Shown here one piece after another: positions 39,358 through 47,478 of a DNA stretch of 64,000 bases. A program made the position numbers and the translations under genes. The notes below the pieces were generated by a model that did not search any database, had not been told where the DNA came from, and saw only the letters and a list, made by a program, of their open reading frames with translations. This DNA is from an uncultured Erysipelotrichaceae bacterium (GTDB lineage: Bacteria; Bacillota_I; Bacilli_A; Erysipelotrichales; Erysipelotrichaceae). Position 1 is the stretch's first letter; every line of letters starts with the position of its first letter. The stretch is taken from assembly GCA_964449115.1 (NCBI GenBank), contig CAYUXW010000006.1, positions 1,927 through 65,926 on the forward strand, in the 5' to 3' direction.

Positions 39358-41680
39358 CGTCATCCTCCTTTTTTTCTACTTTTTTATAGTCACTGTTTTT
39401 CTTATAACAGATATCACTATAGGTACAATATTTGCAGGCCTCATCATAATCATAAGGAGAAATAGAAAACTCTCTCTGTAATATGGAAGTGGCTGCTTCC
39501 CTTATTTTACTTTCCGTTAAGTTTATTAAATTTTCAATCTGGACATTACTCATTCCTCTTTTACCCGAAATTTTATTGTCTTTTGTTTTTAAAGCTTTAA
39601 TAAATTCACTGTTCTGACAGTCTGAATCAAAAGCCTGGATGTTTTTTAAATTATCATCACCATTGCTTTTTCCATCAAGTTTCATTGAATCAATTTTCTT
39701 TTCCTCTACAGTTTTTTTGCCATCATATTTGGTATCTGTATTAATTAAATGCTGAATATAAAAACCAGCATATTTTTTATCTTCATCCTTAAAGATCTGA
39801 CTTGCCAGATATAGATAACTTGGCAGCTGTAAAGATAGGCCAGCTTCAACCTTGTCTTCTTTAAATTCTTCTGCACCTGTTTTATAATCAACTACCACAA
39901 TCAGTCTTTCTTCATCTATTTTTTGATGAATCAGTTTATCTATTATTCCTTTAAACTCAACATTTTCAGTCATTTGTACTTTTACTTCTTTTTCATATTC
40001 ATAATTATCAAAACCAATTTTCTGATGTTGCTTTCGGATTATTTCAATATCTTTAAGTAGTTCCTGTTTCAAACTTCTGGTAAAAAACTTCTCGCTTTCT
40101 GTATACTGCTGCTTTGAAATCACTTCTTCTATGGTGCTATCAATTAAATCATTAATCTTTTTTTCATCATTGATATCATTTTCAAAAACCTCTTTTAATA
40201 CTTCATGGAAAACATTTCCCAGCTGCATATGAAACTGACTTGTTTCATCATTAATTTTTAGCTTTCTTTCGATAAAGTACTTAAAAGGACATCTAAAATA
40301 ATTGTCAACCTGTGAATAAGATAAATTTAATGCCTCATCTATCTGTCTGTTAATCTGCTTATAACTATGTTCATATTTTCGATAATTATTTTCTTTATAA
40401 GTTGAATACAGCCTTTCCAGATTTTCATCCTTAAAATTATATTTGGAAAACTGGTCTAACTTTTTAGAAAAACTATATCTGTTCAGTTTATCGGAATAGT
40501 TAAAACCTGCTGCTTTATCATTATTTTCTTTTAATTTAATTTTTTCCATTAGTACACTTGGTTTAAAATTATCCATTAAACTATTTTCACAATATGAAAG
40601 ATATAAATTGTTTATATTAGACAGATAATTTAATACATTCTCTTTTTTAATAACATTTTTCTCTTCAGTATTACTTAAACCAACCAGATTTTTAATATCA
40701 TCAGTAATATAATCGGTATCAACAGAAAGTGCAGGACAGCTATCATTAAAACCTACCAAAAACACATGATCATCTTCCTCAAAAGGTTCTAATAGATTAA
40801 CCTTTCTAACAATATTGGTATATGATTCATTTTTAACCTTGGTATTATTCAACTCATCAATAATTAAATCACTATACTCTTCTATTTGAACATATTTATT
40901 GATGATTGAAACAATTGTACCGATGTGTTTAGAATTACTATTTCTAGCAATAAAATCATTTATTGCCGACTGATCTTTTTCTTTTAAAATTTTTATAAAA
41001 TCTTTAACTATTGTCAAAGAAGAAAAACTATTTTCATTTTTTTCTTCTATTTTAAAATGAAAGTATTCATTGTAGCGATTAAAATAACTTTCATAGCAAC
41101 TGCCAGCATTCATTACATAAATATTATTGATATCCACTTTATTATCCAATAGTTGAGAAATCCTATCATATAAATAATGGACTTCTTTTTCCATAGTATC
41201 AAAACTGTGATATTCAAATTCTTTTTCCACATAATTGAATTCAAATATCTCAGCTTTCAGCTTTGCAAAAATATCTCTGTAGAATTTATCTAGTCTACCA
41301 TAGCCAACAACAAGTATTTTTTTCCACTTTTTTAAATAATCTGCAAAAAGAGGGTTTTCAATTAAAAGTCCTTTTTCAGTCAACTCTTTTTTATAATTAA
41401 CCAGTGGATCCAGCTTTTCATTGTCATAATTTTTATCTTCAATAAAATACAGATTATTAAGATATGTTTTAGCCACATCTATTTTCATCTTATATTTATC
41501 AACAAAATATTTAACGGCCTTAAAATCATAGTCAAAGAAATAGTCTTTTAAAAATTCTTCCAGGGACATGAATTTATTATTTAAAAATGCACCTTTTTTG
41601 GAAACTTTTTTTAAAATATGATTTTTAAAAGCAGTTGGACAAATAACTAAAGCATCATCCAAATATTCGATATTAATCAT
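39350..41680 (-). CDS. addB: AddB/RexB-like PD-(D/E)xK nuclease subunit (short form, no Walker A seen)
   Basis: 776 aa. C-terminal CPFKYF...GIIDKL...VVDYKTG...CKYCTYSDIC is a RecB-type nuclease with an Fe-S staple Cys pattern. I could find no GxxGxGK(T/S) motif. Confidence 0.75.
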   Translation of the reverse strand: MINIEYLDDALVICPTAFKNHILKKVSKKGAFLNNKFMSLEEFLKDYFFDYDFKAVKYFVDKYKMKIDVAKTYLNNLYFIEDKNYDNEKLDPLVNYKKELTEKGLLIENPLFADYLKKWKKILVVGYGRLDKFYRDIFAKLKAEIFEFNYVEKEFEYHSFDTMEKEVHYLYDRISQLLDNKVDINNIYVMNAGSCYESYFNRYNEYFHFKIEEKNENSFSSLTIVKDFIKILKEKDQSAINDFIARNSNSKHIGTIVSIINKYVQIEEYSDLIIDELNNTKVKNESYTNIVRKVNLLEPFEEDDHVFLVGFNDSCPALSVDTDYITDDIKNLVGLSNTEEKNVIKKENVLNYLSNINNLYLSYCENSLMDNFKPSVLMEKIKLKENNDKAAGFNYSDKLNRYSFSKKLDQFSKYNFKDENLERLYSTYKENNYRKYEHSYKQINRQIDEALNLSYSQVDNYFRCPFKYFIERKLKINDETSQFHMQLGNVFHEVLKEVFENDINDEKKINDLIDSTIEEVISKQQYTESEKFFTRSLKQELLKDIEIIRKQHQKIGFDNYEYEKEVKVQMTENVEFKGIIDKLIHQKIDEERLIVVVDYKTGAEEFKEDKVEAGLSLQLPSYLYLASQIFKDEDKKYAGFYIQHLINTDTKYDGKKTVEEKKIDSMKLDGKSNGDDNLKNIQAFDSDCQNSEFIKALKTKDNKISGKRGMSNVQIENLINLTESKIREAATSILQREFSISPYDYDEACKYCTYSDICYKKNSDYKKVEKKEDDDE

Positions 41681-41804
41681 CTTATCACCTTCCTGCACAA
41701 CTATATTTTACAACATCCTGCTGACAATAAATATATAAAAACAGCCCACAATTTACTAGTGAGTAAATATATGGACTGTATTTTGTTCAATTCATATTTT
41801 TTCT

Positions 41805-42527
41805 TTATTTTTTGCTTTTACGTTGATACAAGATTAACGCAACTATTGAAGCAAAAGAAACTATCATTACCGCAATCCAGAAAACAGGATTGAAATTATC
41901 CCCTGTCTCAGGAATGATGTTTTTATAAGTATTAATGATATTATAGCCTTCAATTTCAGTAGTATAATCTACAACTTCATCTTCAGTTATCGTATAGACA
42001 ATCAATTCCCCATTTTTATATTTTGGCAAATCTTCAAACTTCCACGCCCAGCCATCCTGTTCTGTAACGGTTATTGAATCAATTTCTATCTCATTTTCAA
42101 AAAGACGTATTGTAATACTTTCTGGTCTTTTAGCTCGAATATTATTATCATCATTCCAGGTTTTACTTCCTTCAATTGAAATTCTTTTTGTTTCAATAGT
42201 GTTTGTTATCAGTACTCTGTCAGAAGCCTTTTGCTCTATGGTTGTTACATAGCCTGTTACTGGTCTTTCTTTAATGATATATTCAAACTCATTTCCTAAA
42301 CCGTCTTTCTTATGTAGATTGTTAAACTTCATTGACCAGTTGCCATCGGCATCTGGTGTAATGGTTTCATAACCAACATATATTGGCTCTTCTGATGTGC
42401 CAGCTGTTTTACGCCACAATTCTATTTCTATCTTATCAGGACGAAGTCCACTGAAGTTGTTGTCATCATCCCATACTTTACTGACATACAGATCAAAGGT
42501 TTCTTCATAAAAGCCAAAAACTACATC
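41805..42527 (-). CDS. In-frame continuation of the upstream surface-protein ORF: two CnaB-type domains plus IPETG cell-wall sorting signal
   Basis: Same frame as 42528-44081, separated only by TGA (42528-42530). Translation directly after the TGA is DVVFGFYEETFDLYVSKVWDDDNNFSGLRPDKIEIELW..., a CnaB domain. The C-terminus is IPETGD plus a TM helix plus RKSKK. Confidence 0.75.
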   Translation of the reverse strand, partial: DVVFGFYEETFDLYVSKVWDDDNNFSGLRPDKIEIELWRKTAGTSEEPIYVGYETITPDADGNWSMKFNNLHKKDGLGNEFEYIIKERPVTGYVTTIEQKASDRVLITNTIETKRISIEGSKTWNDDNNIRAKRPESITIRLFENEIEIDSITVTEQDGWAWKFEDLPKYKNGELIVYTITEDEVVDYTTEIEGYNIINTYKNIIPETGDNFNPVFWIAVMIVSFASIVALILYQRKSKK

Positions 42528-44081
42528 TCAATTAGAGCCTACTCCTCCACCAGAAGTGTAGGAATAGTTGCCAGTAATAAACACTCTAGCTAACCTTAAA
42601 GTTATTTCATCAGCCACTTCATCAGTATGAAGCAGTAAGGCAACTCCTTCTCCTAACAAGACACCTTTAAGACCATTTAAAGGCACCTCAGTTCCATCAT
42701 AGTTCTTCCAATGGTAAGGCGCACAGCCCAGCATTGAATCACTGATGAAAAACTCAGGATTGCCACCATGAGTACCATATCCCTGTGTTTGAGCATAGAT
42801 GAAAAGATCCTTGCCCCTTGAATAATAATTAGCCTTATTTCCGTATATTGCACCACTATCACTTAAATAAATCTTGGTATCACTTATTGGACAGGCAGCA
42901 TAACCACCACCGTATATTCTAGCTGTATTGTTGGTAACAATGGTGTTCATCAGAATCAATTTCCCATTTGTTACTTCTGGAGAATTATTACCATTGACAT
43001 AAATGCCTCCGCCTCCAAAGGCATAATTGGTATATCCACTTCCAGTCATTCTGTTATTGGTAATATAGCCAGCATTAATAGTCGCTATTGACTCCAAAGG
43101 AGTGATAGCAACCTGGACAAAGATTCCCCCTCCTGTTGCCCCAGAAGTGTTTCTATCAATAGTTCCTCCATCCATAACTAAGCGATTGCTTCCAGTTGTA
43201 CTGCCTCTTATAGTACCAACACTGATGCCGCCACCTACTTCTTCTGAACTGTTACTTTGAATTAGAGCTTCACCACTTATATTACATGTTGCTCCATCAA
43301 ATAAGCAGATTCCGCCTCCAGCTCCAGAAACATTCCAGGTATCTGGATTGTATCTATTAAATCCTGGTCCAGTATAAGCATTATTGTTTCTAATTGTTCC
43401 ACCTGACACATTAAGTACAGCATTTTTGGTCAAATAAAAACCTCCGCCCCACATGGCAGAATTATTCTGCACTAAGCCAGCTGTCATATTTACAGTACAT
43501 CCTGGTCCAGTACAATAAACTGCACCACCAAGATTCTTTGTTCTTTTTGACTTTGAAGCAATCCTGTTGTTTTCCAGAACTGTACCTTCGGTGATATTAA
43601 GAGTTCCCTGACATCTGATTAGTGAACTATTGGCATTAACAGCCTGCTGAGAGTTACCATCAATACTGATATTTTTAAGCGTTGCTTCCGTTCCGTAAGC
43701 TATCTGTATTAAATAACCATTGAATGCCGCATCTCTTTTTAAGATGGCATTTGTACCCTCAAGTGTTATTTCTCCACTGACAACAACAGTACCAATAACA
43801 TAAATTGTATTTATATTCTGATAATCCGTGGCAATCTGTTTTGCTCTTTCAAAAGTTTTGACTGGCGCTTCTCTTGTACTGCCATCATTTAAATCATCAC
43901 CATTTATACCATCAAGATAAATCTGTGTTGTATTTTCATCTAGATTCATAAGAACTGGTGGATTATTAGCAGTTGAATAAATATTAGCTAAAGCCTGAAC
44001 AGGTTGATAAACCTGCAGCACTAGATAGGCAAATAAAGTAGCTATGACTATAAACAGATTTTTATTTTTCATTTTTTCCAC
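42528..44081 (-). CDS. Secreted beta-helix (PbH1/Pmp-like GGxxY/F repeat) protein, the N-terminal part of an interrupted sortase substrate
   Basis: 517 aa. Signal peptide ending QALA. Repeated GGAVYC, GGGFYL, GGGICL, GGGISV, GGGIFV and GGGIYV motifs are typical of right-handed beta-helix adhesins. Terminates at TGA with no anchor. Confidence 0.8.
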   Translation of the reverse strand: MEKMKNKNLFIVIATLFAYLVLQVYQPVQALANIYSTANNPPVLMNLDENTTQIYLDGINGDDLNDGSTREAPVKTFERAKQIATDYQNINTIYVIGTVVVSGEITLEGTNAILKRDAAFNGYLIQIAYGTEATLKNISIDGNSQQAVNANSSLIRCQGTLNITEGTVLENNRIASKSKRTKNLGGAVYCTGPGCTVNMTAGLVQNNSAMWGGGFYLTKNAVLNVSGGTIRNNNAYTGPGFNRYNPDTWNVSGAGGGICLFDGATCNISGEALIQSNSSEEVGGGISVGTIRGSTTGSNRLVMDGGTIDRNTSGATGGGIFVQVAITPLESIATINAGYITNNRMTGSGYTNYAFGGGGIYVNGNNSPEVTNGKLILMNTIVTNNTARIYGGGYAACPISDTKIYLSDSGAIYGNKANYYSRGKDLFIYAQTQGYGTHGGNPEFFISDSMLGCAPYHWKNYDGTEVPLNGLKGVLLGEGVALLLHTDEVADEITLRLARVFITGNYSYTSGGGVGSN

Positions 44082-44314
44082 CTCTCTTACCTATAAATTT
44101 CACCTAAATAATTTTGAAAATTTTTAGACACAACTATTATAACATTAATCAACTTCTTTTTAACTTTTTTTAAAACACATTAGAAAATATTTGTCTCTCT
44201 TCCTATACAGATATTCTTTCTGATAATATCTTTACTACATTGAAATATGTATAATCCCCTTTTATTTTTATAAATAAGAAGTATAATTATATCGATTAAA
44301 AAAAGGAGAAAAAA

Positions 44315-44764
44315 ATGGAGAAAAAAGGAATTGTCGAAGAGTTTAAGGAGTTTATATCTAGAGGTAATGTATTGGATATGGCAATCGGGGTCATCATTGG
44401 TGGTGCCTTCGGTAAAATAACTTCTTCACTTGTTAATGATGTGATTATGCCAATAGTTTCGGTTTTAACTGGTGGTATTGAATTTAAAAACTGGAAAATA
44501 GTACTTAAGGAAGCTGTAGTTGGTGCTGATGGCGTAATTGATGCTGCAACAGAAGTTGCCATTAATTTTGGATCACTGGTAGCAACAGTCATTGATTTTC
44601 TAATTATTGCCTTTACTGTCTTTACTATTATTAAACTTGTTAACAAATTTAAAAACACACTGCAAAAAGAAGCTGAAGAGGAAGAAAAAGAAGAAGAAAC
44701 CGAAAAAGAACCTTCAGAAGAAGTTAAATTGCTTACTGAAATTCGTGATGCTTTAAAGAAATAG
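44315..44764 (+). CDS. mscL: Large-conductance mechanosensitive channel
   Basis: 149 aa. EFKEFISRGNVLDMAIGVIIGGAFGKI is a canonical MscL N-terminus. Confidence 0.9.
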   Translation: MEKKGIVEEFKEFISRGNVLDMAIGVIIGGAFGKITSSLVNDVIMPIVSVLTGGIEFKNWKIVLKEAVVGADGVIDAATEVAINFGSLVATVIDFLIIAFTVFTIIKLVNKFKNTLQKEAEEEEKEEETEKEPSEEVKLLTEIRDALKK

Positions 44765-44772
44765 CTCATTAA

Positions 44773-44801
44773 GAAAGTTGTAGCATTTACAACTTTTTTT
44801 G
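44773..44801 (+). terminator. Rho-independent terminator after mscL
   Basis: aaagttgta-gcatt-tacaacttt stem-loop followed by T7. Confidence 0.8.
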
Positions 44802-44887
44802 TTTAATCCCCCTACTGCAACATTATATTTATGTTTTTTGACTTAAGTGTTATATAATTAGTTTACCAATCTTGATGAGGTGATAAT

Positions 44888-45718
44888 ATGCAGCAGGTTT
44901 TATTATTTTCAAAAATCAACACCATTACCGATTTTCTTGAACCCAATGTGATAGAGTATATCAACACTAAGCAGACCTTTGCTTTTGAAAGTTTTGAGAA
45001 ATCAAATATTTTCGCTTTCCAGTGGCATAACATCAATCTTTATTCCTCAAAAACAGAAAAAGTTTTAGTTTATATGGACACTGAAGATCTGTTTATTTTT
45101 TGTGAAAATGACGCTTGCCTAAGCAATCTTGCTGTTCTTTTACCAGCGGGTTTATCTAACGAAAAAGCCTTATATCAATTTTTTGTCAACCTGTTTCATG
45201 ATGACCTCAGATTTTTAGAAAACTTTGAAAGTAAAATCATCGATATTGAGGATTCAGCTTTAAAAAATTCAAAACATGATTACATAAACAATATTATGTC
45301 TTATCGCAAAGAATTATTATCTTTAAAGCGCTATTATGAACAGTTAGATATTATTTTAGATAATCTTTGTGCCAATGATAATAATATTTTATCTACTGAA
45401 GCAGAAAGATCTATGGCAATTATAAGTGGCAGGGTTCATAGATATTATAGTTATGTATTAAATCTGCGCGACTATGTTACCCAGATGCGTGAAGCTTATC
45501 AAGCTCAGATTGATATCGAACAAAACCAGTTTATGAAAATATTCACTGTTGTGACCGCGATATTTTTGCCATTAACTTTAATTGCTGGCTGGTACGGAAT
45601 GAACTTTAAATATATGCCGGAACTCTATTGGGAATATGGTTATATATCTGTTATTGTACTGAGTGTAATTGTTTGTGTCGGAATGCTGTGGTATTTCAAA
45701 AAGAAAAAATGGTTTTAA
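44888..45718 (+). CDS. CorA-family divalent cation transporter
   Basis: 276 aa with GWYGMNF (GMN motif) between two C-terminal TM helices. Confidence 0.8.
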   Translation: MQQVLLFSKINTITDFLEPNVIEYINTKQTFAFESFEKSNIFAFQWHNINLYSSKTEKVLVYMDTEDLFIFCENDACLSNLAVLLPAGLSNEKALYQFFVNLFHDDLRFLENFESKIIDIEDSALKNSKHDYINNIMSYRKELLSLKRYYEQLDIILDNLCANDNNILSTEAERSMAIISGRVHRYYSYVLNLRDYVTQMREAYQAQIDIEQNQFMKIFTVVTAIFLPLTLIAGWYGMNFKYMPELYWEYGYISVIVLSVIVCVGMLWYFKKKKWF

Positions 45719-45825
45719 AAGTTTTATATAAGTAGTTTACGATTAGTGTTAACTACTTTTCTTTTTACCATTTTAATACTTGTTATTTTCCCCATAATTT
45801 AATACTTAGGTTTTATTATATATTT

Positions 45826-46419
45826 TTATTTCAGCCACCAGGCTTTTACTCTATAGTCAAGATTAAAGCTGTCATCAATAAATTTTGGAATATCATTAAC
45901 AGTTTTGCTATAAGCTTTATTTCCTGGTTTTATATTTTTTCTAAGTTCTGAGGCAATTTCACTCTGATCGTTAATTTCTATCAGCTGTCCTTGATCAAAG
46001 ACTAATTCTATTAGAACTTTATAAGCCCACCCACGTTGATAACCCATATGAATATAATACTCACGCAAAAATTCAGCACCAACAAGAATCTTTCCTGAAA
46101 ACATCATTTTTATGTTCAGGTCCTTATATAAATGATGACCGATATACTTTTCAAGATCTAGATGATAATTATTTGGAACTGCTTCAACATTATTAATACT
46201 TGGATAAAGACCATCTTTAGAATTAATATACAGATCTTCTAGAAAAATACCTTTATCGTTTATATTATAAACACACCAAAAACCATTCCTACAGCCAGTA
46301 TGCAGCGGTGCTGGAATAATGCCATAATCCTTTGGATTAAAATTCAGGGGATTTGTTATCGCAACAATTGAATATTCTTTTTCTTTGTACTTAAATACAT
46401 CTCCCTTTTGAGCAGTCAT
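45826..46419 (-). CDS. Hypothetical cytoplasmic protein
   Basis: 197 aa ORF with RBS AAAGGA. No motif recognised. Confidence 0.5.
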   Translation of the reverse strand: MTAQKGDVFKYKEKEYSIVAITNPLNFNPKDYGIIPAPLHTGCRNGFWCVYNINDKGIFLEDLYINSKDGLYPSINNVEAVPNNYHLDLEKYIGHHLYKDLNIKMMFSGKILVGAEFLREYYIHMGYQRGWAYKVLIELVFDQGQLIEINDQSEIASELRKNIKPGNKAYSKTVNDIPKFIDDSFNLDYRVKAWWLK

Positions 46420-46470
46420 ACAAAAATATCCTTTCGCTAATTATTTACAATTAATTAAAGCTGTTTTCTA

Positions 46471-46662
46471 TTAATTTATTTTACTTTTGTTGTAATCTAT
46501 AATTCCAATTACGCCTAAAACAACATATCCGATAGCTAGAAACAAGGTAATCGTCCATTTTCCTGTTGGCTCACCAACACTGGCAAGATATACATAAGCG
46601 ATAACCGCTGCTATTCCAACAACCAATTGTAATATTGAGGCATACAAATACCATTTTTTCAT
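46471..46662 (-). CDS. Small two-TM membrane protein
   Basis: 63 aa with two hydrophobic helices and RBS AAAGGA. Confidence 0.45.
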   Translation of the reverse strand: MKKWYLYASILQLVVGIAAVIAYVYLASVGEPTGKWTITLFLAIGYVVLGVIGIIDYNKSKIN

Positions 46663-46711
46663 TTTAATTTTCCTTTCAACACTATATAAAACTAACCATT
46701 AATAACATTTT

Positions 46712-47335
46712 TTATAATCTATTAATCGCTATGCTTTCTATAATAGCACCAATCAGCATCAAAATGATACCAATAAGCAGGATTATTTTTTCCAATTTCT
46801 CCAGTTTTATTTCTTTAAAACTGGATTTTATCGTCTGTTTACCACAGCTTTTTACTACTGCTATCTTAGCGACAGCACAGGTTATCAATAGTTGACCCAT
46901 CATCTCCCAAAAAGCGGCTTTATCAAACAGGTTAAATAAACCTGCTATTCTACTTAAAAGAGAAGGTGAACTACTTTCTACCGAAAATGACCAGGTACCC
47001 AAAACAACAGCATTAATTGCAATCAGTGTGTAAAAAACGCTATAACCTACTGATAAATATTCTTTTTCATCACTTTTTTTACTGGCAAATAAACTGGCTA
47101 GAAATATTATGACTACCGATATCATATTATAGACAAATATCTGCAAAGCTAAAATAACAGCATTTTCTGAAGGACTCCAATTTTGAGCCGGATTCTTATT
47201 TTTAAGTAAGCCTTCAGGAAGAAAATAATAGCTGACAATGACAATGCTGAAAAAGAAGATGAAAAATAAAACAATTGCCCAAATTATTCTTTCTTTAACA
47301 CTCTTGCTACTGAGTTTTTTGCGAAAATATTTCAT
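46712..47335 (-). CDS. Polytopic membrane protein (possibly SpoIIM/DUF95-like)
   Basis: 207 aa with about 5 TM helices. The family assignment is weak. Confidence 0.45.
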   Translation of the reverse strand: MKYFRKKLSSKSVKERIIWAIVLFFIFFFSIVIVSYYFLPEGLLKNKNPAQNWSPSENAVILALQIFVYNMISVVIIFLASLFASKKSDEKEYLSVGYSVFYTLIAINAVVLGTWSFSVESSSPSLLSRIAGLFNLFDKAAFWEMMGQLLITCAVAKIAVVKSCGKQTIKSSFKEIKLEKLEKIILLIGIILMLIGAIIESIAINRL

Positions 47336-47478
47336 ATTATTACTCCAGAAATTATCTTGTTTCTTTTTCTTTAATATATCACTTCTGTTGCCATCCGTTT
47401 GTAAAATTCAGGTAATTTAATTATCTATAAATTCAAATAAAAAGAGACACACCTTTGTAGGCGTATCTCGTCTTTTAA

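Noticed and set aside
42528-42530. Selenocysteine insertion at the in-frame TGA of the surface protein (and at 7927)
   Set aside because: The context is an extracellular adhesin-type protein and a small hypothetical protein, not redox enzymes. I see no convincing SECIS-like hairpin immediately 3' of either TGA, and no sel genes in the window.
44296-44769. 157-aa minus-strand ORF antisense to mscL
   Set aside because: It is a low-complexity Ser/Thr-rich translation exactly mirroring a well-supported mscL gene, with no RBS. It is a typical antisense artefact. The same applies to the other short ORFs nested inside or antisense to larger genes, for example 533-808, 1147-1422, 3525-3963, 13658-13975, 33261-33609 and 56643-56981.
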